Assembly: GCA_964016885.1 (NCBI GenBank)
Contig: OZ024743.1
Span: forward strand, 198,028,001-198,092,000
DNA length: 64,000 bases
From: Eledone cirrhosa
Lineage: Eukaryota
Reading direction: 5' to 3'
The position numbers were made by a program, and so were the translations under genes. Position 1 is the stretch's first letter, and every line of letters begins with the position of its first letter. Below, one piece after another: positions 28,191-42,305 of this stretch. The notes below the pieces were generated by a model, which worked only from the letters and a program-made list of their open reading frames with translations, made no database searches and had not been told where the DNA came from.

Positions 28191-28706
28191 TGTATGTGCG
28201 TGTGTGTGTGTATCCAAATAGATTTATATGTGTGACGTTAAAGGTGCCTAGTATTACACGGCGGTGTTGATAATATTACATAGACGATAACTATCCGTAG
28301 GGAAATATTGTAAATTGATCAAGTACACCGGTTAAATGATTAAACATTTCTGATTTATCCCTGGGGAAAAGAAGGTCGAAAGACTAAATAATTATTAAGC
28401 ATGCAGAGCAGTACTATATTGATGGAGGAGGGCAGAGGACAGAGAAGATAGCGTTACGAGAATTTACCAGCATAGCAATACAATAACAGAAAAAAAGGGG
28501 TAAAATGTAAAAAAAGAAAGACATCCTCAAAAAGCTAACACATACATACACACACAAGCCCCAACAAACAGTCAAATCACGCCAAGTCTGGGAGCAAGAA
28601 AGTTGATTTTCTTCTATCGATGATGAAAAAGGCGATAGATAAATAAAAATGAAAGAGCCTCCATTTTTACTCTTTTTAGATCTGCTTTTCTCCTCCCTCT
28701 AACATT

Positions 28707-28771
<65 letters not shown>

Positions 28772-28788
28772 CCTCTCTCTATCACTGT

Positions 28789-28872
<84 letters not shown>

Positions 28873-30569
28873 GTATATATCCCTCTCTTAAAATCTCTCT
28901 TTCTCTTTCTCTCCTCAATCTTACTTTCGTTTCCTGTAACTGTGAAAACCTCCTGACACATCTTACCCTAAATAGCTTGATTGTTCAAATTGCCACTAAT
29001 TTGTAGATTTTTAATTTCCTTTAAATATTTTCTAAATGTGAGAAACTAATGGATCCTGCTCCTACAAAAGTGCCAACAGGATAGCGCATGCGCAGAATTT
29101 GTTATAAATGAATATGATAGTCAGTGTGTGTTGCATATATTTTTAATTGCAATTTTTTCTTTTGCTTGACATAGATTTCTCTGCACCTAAGACACATTTT
29201 TTTCCTTTTTTGAAAACTACTTAACATTAATAGAGATTAGTAAGGCAATGACATTAAGAAAAAATGAATATTGAGGGAAAGAAACGTAAACAAAAATGTA
29301 AGAAATAGTATTTAATTCTTCAGATATTAATATTTCTAAGCTTTCATATTATTATTTGAGAGTTATGGATTATAAACCAAATGTTCCCTAATTATTTTTT
29401 ATAGATGTTATCTGTCTCGTTTATTGATTGGAATGTTCTCCATATGCTCACGTATCAACATACAAGACTGTGTGCTCACGAGAATGTGCTCACGTATCAA
29501 CATACAAGACCCTATGTGACCGCAATACACACGTCATATATATATATATTGTTTGTGAGTAAATATCTACATATATATATTTATATGTACGTGAGTTTGA
29601 GAAAAGTGCCAAATTGGAGACTGAAGTGAATGACGCCAGCAAACCACTGAACTATGGTTTGATGCATTTTTTAAGGAAATAACTGGCGGTGAATATTTAC
29701 AAATAGTTGGGCCTCAGACTAAATAAATTTAACGATTTAGTCCCCTGCCCCTATCTTATGAATCCAATTTCATTGAGACGAACATTGCATTTCCTACATT
29801 TCCACTCCATACTTCGGTGGAAATATGTAGCAGTCATACTCTAAGGAAAGCAGGATTTTCAATTGACTGTACCTAACTGCTAAGGCAAGGAAGTGGCAAA
29901 ATAGTCATTAATGGTGTCAGATTGAATGTAATGGGTTTCTGCATCTCTGAGTGCAAATCCCACCAGGGTCAACTTTTCTTTTCATCTATTTGGCATCGAT
30001 AAATAAAGCGCCAATCAAGATCGACTATTTATCTTCCTCCCTCTTACGTTCGCTCTTCCTAGACCCTCTATTTATCTCTCTCACTCTCGTTATCTCTCTC
30101 ACTCTCTTTATCTCTCTCTCTCTTCCCTATAAAAGAAATAGGCTGTAATCAGAACAAGAAAACATAGAAAACAAGAAAACAAGCGTAAGATATCCTAACC
30201 AAGGCACACTGTATGAGACGACGGCGTCTCTACAGCTGCATCTGGTTTGCGGGGCTCAGAAAGGAAAGGAAGGGGATATTCTCTGTAATATCTGCTGCTC
30301 AGTTAATGCAACAAATAAATGTTCTTAGAATGTTTAAAAATTCCATGTTGTTGTATACAGTTGAGTAGTTTAGATGATATACGTTTATCTGATACGTAAT
30401 TATACAAAGCATGTATTATAAATATATGCGTTCATATATTCAGACATACACAAAAGCATATGAACACACATATATGATATAATTTATATAAGTATATAGA
30501 CATGCATCTTTACCTACCTATGTAAGCGTCTATCCCTCTCTCTGTATATATATACACACACATACACAC

Positions 30570-30614
<45 letters not shown>

Positions 30615-31607
30615 TACATACATACATACATACATACACATGTACACACACGCACACACACGCACACACACAAACACACACACAAACACACAAACACACA
30701 CACACATATATATATATATACATATATACATATATATATATATATGTAATAGTAAGATTAAGAACAGAAGAACAAAAATAATATATACGTGAAAATAGAG
30801 AGAATAAGCGATGTATGCTCAATTTATATCAGTTTCGTCTCATTTTGTATTAGAATATTCACATTACACAACAAACAACAGGGAAGAACTGTAGGTGTTT
30901 CGTTTTGTTTCTATTTAGTTTTTGTCTTTTTACCAGGTATAGAGTGAATTATAATACAGAATTAAAAAAACAAATTTCAACAACACAACAAATCTAAATA
31001 ATACTAGGCCGGTGTTAGAAATGAAAAGACAGTATCAATTGTGTTGCTTAGGGACATCAAGAGAGTCAGAGGTGAAGGAGAAGAAACCATCAGTGTTGGC
31101 CAAAAGGAAGACAGCGCTTTGAATGTAAATGATTTTATATGTCAGTGAAATATCAATGTAGCCGCGAGGAAAGACAATAAGAAAGAAAAATGAGAGCAGA
31201 AAAATATGGAAATTGCAATAATATAGCTGTGACAAGAACTGAAAGATATAAATATACAGCCTGAAAAGAACGAACATATACAAACAACAACAACAAATTA
31301 AATAGCAAAAAATATGAAATAAATAAAATAAATATAAAATTAAAATAAAATGGAATACGTTACTTGACTGAAATGAAGTAGTCTGGTAGTTATATATGTT
31401 GACGGGAAGAAGGGTGGGAATATTTAATATAAAAATATATATATTTCCAAAGTTTGTAAAATGTTAAACTAAACGAAAATGAATTTTGCAGAATGTATGT
31501 TTTATTTTAAAATTAACACTTATTTAAAAAGGTAGTATAGAATGAACGGAAATAAATAAATAATAACCAAGTGAGTGAATAATATATATATAAATATATA
31601 TATATAC

Positions 31608-31717
<110 letters not shown>

Positions 31718-31726
31718 ATTTAATAT

Positions 31727-31829
31727 AGAAATGGCTTCTACAGGACTAGAATTGTTTCGTTCGAAGGAAATTATCAGGCTTTCCTAATGATTTTCTTCGA
31801 ATGGAAAAATTCTAGTCTTGAAGAAGCCC

Positions 31830-31835
<6 letters not shown>
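31727..31835. repeat. Inverted pair of the short PLE-like terminal motif
   Basis: AGAAATGGCTTCTACAGGACTAGAATTGTTTCGTTCGAAGGAAATTATCAGG followed by a diverged reverse complement. Confidence 0.65.
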
Positions 31836-31914
<79 letters not shown>

Positions 31915-31981
31915 TATGTACATATATATATATATATATATATATAAATATATGTGTGTGTGTGTATGTATATTGTATATG

Positions 31982-32044
<63 letters not shown>

Positions 32045-32091
32045 ATATATATGTATTTTTATATATATATGTATATATATATATGTATATA

Positions 32092-32214
<123 letters not shown>

Positions 32215-32945
32215 ATATAAAGTTATGATTTATGTATTGGTAGATTTGTTCTTCTGACATTAATTAGCTGAAGTGGAAGTTGTGAATGGAATGTCTGAGA
32301 AATTTAACTAAAAAATAACTTTCGGGTTAGATATGAAATTTCGTTCAATTTCATAATTTTAAAACAAAATCACACTTATAAATTTATATGTATGTATGTA
32401 TGTTGACTTACAAGAGTTCGTATAGTTGAAGCCGTTCGTATTACAGTCCAGTATTATTATAATTGCTTTACAGCATAGAGCTATGGCTCTCCACGCTCTG
32501 AGCTCAAATCCCTCCGAAATCAACCTTGGATTTCATCCCCATGGAGTCAACAAAAGAGAGTACCAGTAATGCGCTGGACCAGTCGCTGGATCCGTGCCAA
32601 AAGCAGAAAAAATTATTATTATTAAAGTTGTTTTCTTAAGGCCCGGTCGCTGGTGATGGTGATGGCGGCGGCGGTGGTGGTGGTGGCAGTTGATGTTGTT
32701 GTTGTGTTGTGTGTGTGTGTGTGTGTTTTGTTATTGTGAGTTTTTTTGTTTTTTTTTAAATCTTTTGATGCCGCTGTTGTTGTTGTTGTAAATGTTCATT
32801 TCAATTCATTCTGAAGTTGTTGTTGCTGTTAACATTAGTGCCAGTGTTGTTGTTGTAGATGTTGGGGTTGAAATCTGGTCGTTTGATTGAGTGATGTATA
32901 TACACACATATAAATACATATATATATATATATATACACACACGC

Positions 32946-35095
32946 ATTCAACACAGAGTGACACCGCTTCGCAGCAAGGATGGCAAAGAACTTCTTCGTG
33001 ACTCACCAGGAATTCTACTAAGGTGGCGAGAGCACTTTGATGATCTTTTGAATCAGCCGTCTGTCGCAGTGAAGATTTCCTCAATCTCATTCCAGAAAGT
33101 CCTGTGAAAGTAGCTCTCCCAGAACCTCCAACGCTTGTGGAGGTTGCAGTGGCTATCTTGAAGCTGAACAGTGGAAGGTCTCCAGGTATGGATGGCATAC
33201 ATGCTGAGCTCCTACAATATGGTGGTGAGAGACTCCTGCAACATCTTCACTCTTTGTTTAGCAGGATATGGGCTAATGAATCCGTACCTGAGCACTGGAG
33301 AGATGCAGTAATGGTGGTCTTGTACAAGGGGCATTATGGAAGGTTCTCCAGAAACTTGGTTGCCCTGATAAGTTCCTTACTTTAGTTAGGTCTTTCCATG
33401 ACGACATGAAGGCTTGGGTTAATGTCGGAGGTAACATGTCGGAGCCTATCTCAGTAAAAAATGGAGTGAAACGGGGATATTCCAGCACCGACCCTGTTTG
33501 CCATATACTTTGCAATGGTTTTCTGTATTGCATTCAGGAATTGCGAGCATGGTGTTTACATCCGATATCGAACCTCAGGCAGCATATTTAACATCAGACG
33601 CTTGGCTGCAAAGACAAAAGTATTTACATCAATCATAAGAGACCTCTTGTATGCAGATGATTGCGATCTTGTAGCGCACACAGAGAGTGATATGCAGCAC
33701 ATTTTGAATGCATTTTCTGACGCTTGCACTGCCCTAGGATTGACTGTCAGTCTCAAGAAAACTGTCGCCATGTACCAACCTGCCCCTGGTAAGCAGTACA
33801 CTGAACCAAATATCTATCTGTATGGTAAACGAATTGGAGTGGTTGATCAGTTTGTCTACCTGGGAAGCACTGTCAATCGATACAGCAACCTTGATAGTGA
33901 AATCTCACTTAGGATTAGGAAAGCAAGTGATGCTTTCGGGAAGCTAGAAAGGCGACTCAGGGGTCGGCGAGACATATGCAAGAAGACAAAGGTAAAGGTG
34001 TACAAGGCATGTGTGATCTCTTGTCTTCTTTATGCCTGCGAGACCTGGGTCACATATCGACATCACCTTAAGCAATTGGAGCGTTTCCACCAGATGTGTC
34101 TCAGACGGATCCATGGCGTTCACTGGAAGGACCACATCAGTGATATCGAGATTTTGGAAAGCTCTATGTGTGACAGTATAGAAGCTCTTGTGCTTAAGCA
34201 ACGACTCCGTTGGAGTGGTCACCTTGCCAGGATGAAGGATTCTAGATTACCAAAACAACTCTTTTATGGAGAGTTAGTTAAAGGAAAACGACCGCCACAT
34301 AAACCAAAAAAAAAAGAGGCGTAAGGATTCCTTGAAAGCCTCTTTGAAAGACGCTAACATCTCTGCTGATACATGGGAAAATATTGCTGCTGATCGTAAT
34401 AAATGGAGAAAGACTGTATATGAGGGAAAAGTTGCCTTTGAGGCATCTCGAATCGCATACGAGAAAGTAAAGCGGAAATGTGAGGAAGGGCATTGCTGTT
34501 GTACTTACAAACGGAGAGGGACCTCCTATGGTGCTGACATGCAGCGTCTGTGCGAGACTCTGCCTAAGTAAAGCTGGACTCGAAAGTCATCTTCGCAGTC
34601 ATAAATTAAGACCAGTGGTTGACTACCAGGCTGCTGTTGGAGATGATACTCATCATGCTTGCCAAGCATGTGGTAGAGAATCTAAATCAGCAGGAGGGCT
34701 CAAGCGAGATGCAAAAGTACATGAACTCCAACCACAGCCGGCTATTCCCAGTGAATGTTTTGTTTGCCGACTCTGTGCAAGGCATTTTAGATCATTGGCT
34801 GGGCTAAAAGGCCACATTCGATCGCAGCGCTGTTAGTTGCTATCGTGTGTGTGTGTGTATAGATATGTTTATGTGTGTGCGTGTGTGTGTATATATATAT
34901 GTATACGTATATTATTATTGTTGTTGTCGTTATTATTATTGTTGTTATTATTATTATTATTATTGTTATTAATATATATGTATGTGTATGAATATATATG
35001 TATATATATGTACGTATATGTATATATATATATATATATATATGTATTTTTTTTTCTCGTGCAATGGCCATACTCGATAGGGGGCAGCCATCATG
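32946..35095 (+). mobile_element. 5'-truncated, internally deleted RTE-clade LINE
   Basis: RWREHFDDLLN, SPGMDGIHAELL, LLYADD, FVYLGS, LLYACETW, RLRWSGHLARM..RLPKQLFYGEL, C-terminal C2H2-like fingers; 3' end followed by (TATG)n. Confidence 0.92.
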
Positions 35096-35494
35096 TTTGT
35101 ATGTATGTATGTATGTATGTATGTATGTATGTATGTACGTACGATAGTTCAAATTATGTATTTTTTATGTATGAATGCATGAATGTATATATGTTTGTTT
35201 GAATGTACGTATATTTGTATGCATGCAAGTATATATATCTTTATGTATGCATGTATGTATCTGTGCGTTTCTATGTGTATGTCTGTACGAGCCTTCGTAA
35301 GTATGTATATTTTTAAGGATTGATGTAAGTATGTATATATGTATATATGTATGTATGCATATATGTATGTATGTTCTTCTGGTTTTATAATTTCACAAAG
35401 TTTTACCATTAGAGAGAGAGTCGGTTTCTAACATAGACACAATACTCTCTCATTGGAATTTACACAACATCAACTAGGTAGATATGTATGTATG

Positions 35495-37812
35495 CATGTG
35501 TAAATATGGGTTTTATTGTATGTGTGGACGTGGATGTTTTGATGCTTTGCATCTGTACATGTAATTATGCAGTTATTAGGTGCAACATTTTTGGAAGGTT
35601 TTACATATGTTTACTGTTCCATTAATGGATTGTACTTGTAATTTCCTAACTAGTTGTGTTCTTTCTGTTCCTGTGAAGCCTAACTTCTCAAGACTTGTAT
35701 TGAGGCAGTTACTAACACACCCCAGTGCCCCAATAATCACAGGCATAAATCTGAAGGTGTAGTCAGGGTGGAGTATCTGCAGATTTCTCATCAGTTCTGC
35801 ATAAAAATTATCCTTTTCACTAATCTTTGATATTATATTGGCATTTGATGGACAGCTAATTTCCACTACTGTCCCATATCATAATATCTGGTCTGTTATG
35901 CCTGCATGTTATTGGGGTTTTTACTGGAACATTCCACCAGCACTCTTTCATATTATGTATATGGATGTCTTCCACATTGCTGTAGCTTTTAATGTGTTTA
36001 TTATCGGGGCTATCTTTTTTACGAACTGCATTGTACAGTATTTTGGCTACTACATCATGCCTCATAGGTAGATAGTACCGCGATGACATCTTTGGACAGC
36101 TGATGATGACATGGGTGATATCCTCGATGTTATTTCCGCAGAGTCTGCACTTGTTATCACATCTAGGTGTTTTGCCTGCATCCCTATCTCTTTTGTGAAT
36201 CAGGTATTTCGTGTTAATCTCCTGTTCTTGGATTGCAAAAGCGTATCCTTCAAAGTGGGAGCCAATATAGCGGTTGTTGGTCCAAGATAGACTACTTTCC
36301 CTATCTATATTACTCTCACTCTGGAGCTTCCTGGCAATATATCCATTCATGATTTTTTGCTGATAAGCATACAGTTTTACATCCATGGATTCACTGTGAT
36401 ACTGCTGAGCGACATCCCTGGGTGTGAGTTTCGATTAACACACAGGGAATATCTCTCGAGGAGTTCCTTCCCAACTCTCATGATCCTATCTGTTTCATGC
36501 AGATAGACTTGCTCGAGAAACGGGCTCCTACGCGTCGAGGTTCGTAGATGTTGTCGGAGAGATATGATGCGATATTCAAATGTTGTCTGGACTGATGTTA
36601 GGACTCTGCCTCCCTGCTTACGTTTCAAGTAAAGGCGGTCCAAGTCACTGTTGATGTGGAAGTTTCCGGTGTTGTTTAGTATTTTTCGAGTTCCAACATC
36701 AACTGCTCGGATTTCGTCTATCGTCTATCGTTTTATCAGTGAAAATAGAGTCCTCCCTCTCTATCTTTAACCTTAGTATAGTCGCCCAAGAAGAAGACAG
36801 CCTCTCTATGGCTCTGACAACAATGTCTGACAACAATGTCTGGGAGTTTAGCAAGTTGGAGGGCCTCTATCATCCAAGAGTGGGGGACAGAATCGAAAGC
36901 TTTCCTGTAGTCCAGCCAGACTGTAGTCATATTCCTCCTAAGTTGTCGCACCTCCGACATCACAGTTTTGTTGATTAGGAGTTGTTCAGCACATCCTCAA
37001 ACCCCTTTCTTTCCAGCTGCTTGTTCATCTGTGATGATGTTATTATTTTCACAGTGATCTTGGAGGAATAGGTTCAGGCAGGCTGTATACATCATTTACA
37101 TTGGGTTCTGGCATGCAATGGGTCGGTAGTTTTTTGCCAAGTAGGTGTCTTTGTCTTTGGGGACCAGTAATGTTTGTGCTAATGTCAACCATTCTGGTAT
37201 AAGTGTATCTCCCTTAAGAACTTGTTGGTAGAGGTCAGTAAGATACCTCCGATAGAATATGAGTTTTTTTAACCAGTAGCCGACAATCATGTCTCTTCCT
37301 GGTGTTTTCTTATCTTGGAGTTTTCCTATCACAGTCTCAAGGGTACCCTCACTTATTTCGTATGTTTTTGTTGTAGTGTAGGAGCAATAGTTCTTTCAGA
37401 TTTCTCTTAGCCACACTGCATCTTGGTTGAAATTCTTCTTTTCACCTCATATTTTGCTCCAAAAGGAATCTATGTCTTTCTGGGATGGGGCCTCAGTGAC
37501 ACTTATTATTTTGCCCTTCATATCTCTATAGACTGATGTTTGGTTTCGTCTGAATCTTTAATTAAGCACTTTTCTCTCACCTACCTTCTTCAGGTATCGG
37601 CGTTTTTCGCTAACAGCTCTCAATTCTTGTTTGAGGGTGATCAGTTTATATTGGAGAGTTCTGGTTCTACTGTTACCAAACATCGTCTCTATTTTATTTT
37701 TCCCTCTTGTTGGTGAAGAGTGAGGTTTTTTTGTGTTTGTTTGCACGTAAGGAGCATTGTCACATATCCTATGTTTTTTTCGTAGGTCAACAATCTTTTT
37801 TTCTACTTTAGT
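35495..37812 (-). mobile_element. Degenerate R4/Dong-like RLE retrotransposon (second subfamily) in (TATG)n
   Basis: NYRPIAC, WLDYRKAFDSVPHSW, DRLYLKRKQGGR, AIQEQEINTK, CRLC..H..SC, RHD, HNRPD, EISCP; frameshifts and deletions; TATG flanks. Confidence 0.9.
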
Positions 37813-38206
37813 TATGTATGTATGTATGTATGTATGTATGTATGTATGTATGTATGTATGTATGTATGTATGTATGTATGTATGTATGTATGTATGTATG
37901 TATGTATGTATGCACGTATGCAGTTAAGAATATATTCCCCAAGTATTGAACTAGATTCTAAGCAACAATTTTCTATCACAGGAACCTATTTAACATCAAA
38001 TCTGAAGATTTAGTTCTTCCATTTCAGATAATAGACCCTTGCTTTCTATGTTTGAGAATCACAGCGTTTTCAGATTGTTAAACAAACTCTTAATAATAAA
38101 TCCTTAAACACGAATGGTTATATATTCTGGTTAGAGGGTTACGTTTAATGGCAGTTCTGCATAAATGCTCTCTTTTTGTATGATTGCGGATGAAATGTTT
38201 ACATCT

Positions 38207-38690
38207 GTTGTCCGAAGAATTAGAACATTATACACATACACGTCGATATACAAACTCAGGGCCGATCCTAGGCAAGGGTAGATTCTGGCGTATCCATCTC
38301 CCACAGAAAATATCAATTTCAACATTTATAAAGAATAAACTTAAAAAAAGTTTTTCAACATTTGAGCATAGACGAAGTGTAATCACAAAAAAAAAGAACA
38401 AAAAAAAACAAGAAAACAAAAAAAATTACCCCTTTGTGCTCAAATGCCTGGACACCCCCGCCAATAAAACACTACTTGATACTATTTTATTTGCAAAATT
38501 AAGACATGAATAAACAAACATAAAAATACATATTAGTAATGAACTAACAGCATAATGGACAGTTGATCAGACGCTGAATACTAATCAGGGGCGGTGGAAC
38601 ATCAGGGTGGACGTGCCGCCCCAATAATTATATTTTTCTCACCAAACTACCAGAACACACTTCTATTTGTATATGCGCTACAATTTATGT
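38207..38690 (+). repeat. ~480-bp dispersed repeat, copy 1 (copy 2 at 41416-41893)
   Basis: Collinear from GTTGTCCGAAGAATTAGAACATTATACAC to TGCGCTACAATTTATGT. Confidence 0.85.
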
Positions 38691-38945
38691 ACATGACAAA
38701 TAAATTGTGTATAACGTACAAAAGAACGTTATTGCTCCAATCAGTCCACAAACACTAAGCAAAGACCCTAAACCGAACGCCTACCTACTCTCACGACTCT
38801 TGCTAAACCAAACAGCACTCACCCACAAGACTTGGCAAACCAAACGCGGACTACCCATCTTCCCAAATTCGGCATACAGATGCAAACGATGCCAAATGGA
38901 GGAAGACAGGCATTATCATGCTGTCATATTACGTAGTTCCTATAT

Positions 38946-39575
38946 AATTGTTTCTACTATTGGCACAAGGCCAGCAATTATCTCAGTGCATTACTGGTAC
39001 TTTATTTTATCGACACCGTAAGGATGAAAGGCAAAGTTAACCTCGGTGGGATTTAAACTCAGACCACAAAGGGCCGTAACTCTTTGCTGCAAGGCATGCC
39101 GTCCGACCCTCTACCGATACTGCCAATTCACTGCCCTTATAGTTCCCATATTATAAAGCTCAAAAAGCTATTACTATCTAAAAGTTATTTTGTTTTCAGT
39201 CCCAAAGAAAATTATTGGGATTGTTGTGTTGGTTTATACAGAAGTTTTCATGAAACTGTTTTACAATGTTCGTTAAACATGAATGCCCGGAACGTCACTA
39301 ATTCATACCGCTTTGTATTTCCCATTAATATTATATGTTTTATTGCATATTGTTTTAGTAACAACTTAGTGTGTTACTGGTACTTTACTTTGTCAACACC
39401 GTAAAAATGAAAGGCAAAGCCAACCTTGGCGGGATTTCTATTAATAATGGTTTCTTATTTAGGCAATTTTGGAGAAGGGGAATGTTGTTTATATCAACCC
39501 AAGTGCGTAACTGGTACTTTATTTTATCAACCCCATAAGGATGAAAGTCAAAGCTAACCTTGGCGATATTTCTAT
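38946..39575 (-). mobile_element. SINE cluster (one near-complete copy plus partial cores)
   Basis: Reverse-complement SINE consensus at 38946-39138; partial cores at ~39370-39440 and ~39500-39570. Confidence 0.8.
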
Positions 39576-40177
39576 TAATAAAAAAAAGGAACATAATTTA
39601 AAATGACACTCACTATCATCGATTACATGTTTGTTCTTCCAGTTGTTGTTTAGCTCCCAGATTAACTTAAATCAAGCAAATCTATATTTAAAGGCGTTCT
39701 AACATTTAACATCCTATTTGTACGGTCTACAGTCATTTCAGACTACATTAAGAACTAAAATAAGGAATATATTCTCCCGATTTTAAAGAACCCTTAGCAT
39801 AATTTGAGAAAGATTTATTTGCTAATTTTGTAGCTCGAGCAGCCATACAAATATGTCTTTCATTGGTTCGTTTTCCTTTTCGTTTTACGAGTGCATTCAG
39901 CTGTTCGATAGCCAATATAGCTAAAGTATGTACAACATCACACGTTCATTTGTAATCCAACATAGAACCACAGAGACCACTATATATGAAAAAAAATCCC
40001 CAAACCCCAAAAACAACTTCATTAAAAATATATCTGACTAATGCCTGGTTGGCGCAAATATGAAATAGCTACACAGACATTTATCTTTAATAAATACATT
40101 ATACATACATACATATGCACATATATACATACATACATACATACAAACAATATATGTGAGTATAAATATAATATAAT

Positions 40178-40250
<73 letters not shown>

Positions 40251-40305
40251 TATATATGTGTGTGTGAGTGTGTGTTTTACATGTATATATATTATATATG
40301 TAACA

Positions 40306-40404
40306 CAGGGTGTCCCAAAAAATGCATACATATTTTGATTACCTGTACAGGCAATATTTATTAGAATGCTGTTGAAGTGTGTATACATTTATTTGGACAA
40401 CCTG
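40306..40404. mobile_element. Tc1/mariner-like MITE
   Basis: Terminal inverted repeats CAGGGTGTCCCAAAAAATGCATACA / TGTATACATTTATTTGGACAACCTG; a related copy lies at 45158-45234. Confidence 0.7.
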
Positions 40405-40413
40405 TAAACATAC

Positions 40414-40474
<61 letters not shown>

Positions 40475-41415
40475 AATATATATATATATATGGGTGTGTG
40501 TATGTGTGTATGTATGTGCGTGTGGTTGTTTGTGTGGTTGGTTGTGTGTGTGTGTGTGTTGGTGTATGTTTTTATGTGTATTTGAATAATCCGATTACAT
40601 GTTTCACATTGGTTAATCTTACGTTAATATATCACAGATTTTAGATTAGATTAGTAATATTAAATATTTTGCATTAATAAAGGTATGTAATAAACGTATA
40701 GACATAAATAATAATCTTTACATAAACAGCAAAATATGAAGAATTATATATTTGACCTTAAAATAACACGTAAATATATTAAAGTATTTGCATCCATGAA
40801 AAGTTTGCTAAATTCTATTATGATCATGATATATGTTTATTGACAAAAATATAAAACTTGCATTCTGGGAATTAAACATTTTTTCGACCATTCAAATTAC
40901 GGTATATTGGTTTTCTTTTGAAATGGCAAAATAATGTTTTGTTGTTGATTTTTATTATTTTCGGTTGTAAAAACTATGACAATTTTAGTGTGTTATGTAA
41001 CATTTAGATTTTGTATTCATTAATAGAATCTCGAGTAGAAATAACTCGTTAAATTTGCTGTGTCAGCCTACGTAATTGATATGAAATTCTCCTTATAAAA
41101 CTATGAAATCGTCACTAATTGCGATCGTAATCTCAGGCAGACTTTGGCTTGTAATTACAATATTATATACGCACTTAAAAAAATACATGTAAAGAGCGTG
41201 AATTAGTATTTACGGAATTCGATTTACGATTAAAAAATTCGTGTTGGATTCATACCGGTGCCTAGTGTCCATGAACAAGAAAATTTAATTTACGTTGCTC
41301 CAGTTCAATCAGCTTGCGAAAATGAGTTGTACATGTAATACACGCTGAATCTTTGTGTCAACTACGTTAAGGGTGTACATTCACTCGTACGTTAAATTCA
41401 CGTGCAGGCTGTTCA

Positions 41416-41893
41416 GTTGTCCGAAGAATTAGAACATTATACACATACACGTCGATACACAAACTCAGGGCCGATTCTGGCGCCCCCTTTACCCCGGAAA
41501 ATATCAGGTTCAAAATTTATAAATATTAAATAATAAATAATACATTTTTAAAAGTTGTTTTCAACATTTGAGCACAGACCAAGTGTAATTAAAAAAAAAA
41601 AATTAACCCTCTGTGCTCAAATGTCTGGACACCCCCGCCAACTACTGGACACCCACTACTACTGGACACCCACTACTACTGGACACCCACTACTTGATAT
41701 TATTTTATTTGCAAAATTAAGACAAGAATATACAAATATAAAGATAGACATTAGTGATGAATTAACAGCATAATGGACAGTTGAACAGACGCTGAATACT
41801 AATCAGGAGCGGTGTACCTGAGGGGGATAATTATATTTTTCTTCATAAACTACCAAAACACACATCTATTTGTATATGCGCTACAATTTATGT
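41416..41893 (+). repeat. ~480-bp dispersed repeat, copy 2, with an internal 18-bp tandem repeat
   Basis: Matches 38207-38690; CTGGACACCCACTACTA repeated at ~41625-41695. Confidence 0.85.
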
Positions 41894-41949
41894 TCATGTT
41901 ATGTAGAGATAGATGGGAGATATAAATATAGAGAGGAAGGCTGAGAGAG

Positions 41950-42305
41950 AGTGCTGTATGTTTGATGTAGAGAGGGGGAGAGTTCGGTGGTAATGAATAG
42001 AGTGAAAGGATTGATAGATAGAGAGAGGGACATTGGAAGAGAGTGTTTGTATGGTAGATTTAGAGAGGCGGGGGGGAGTTTGGTGCTAATTGATATAGAG
42101 AGGGGTATTGGAAGAGAGTAACGTGTAGTAGATATAGAGAGGGGAGAGTTTGGTGCTAATTGATATAGAGAGGGGTATTGGAAGAGATTGACCTGTAGTA
42201 GATATAGAGAGGGGAGTTTGGTGTTAATTGATATAGAGAGGGGGATTGGAAGCGGGGGCATTGGAAGAGAGAACCGTGTATTAAATACAGAGAGGGGGAG
42301 AATTT
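41950..42305 (+). repeat. Purine-rich minisatellite (~70-bp unit)
   Basis: GATATAGAGAGGGGTATTGGAAGAGA..GAGTTTGGTGCTAATT repeated several times. Confidence 0.8.

Noticed and set aside
29083-29095. GCGCATGCGC NRF1-like palindrome
   Set aside because: It is an isolated short motif, also present in the PLE UTR, with no other promoter evidence.
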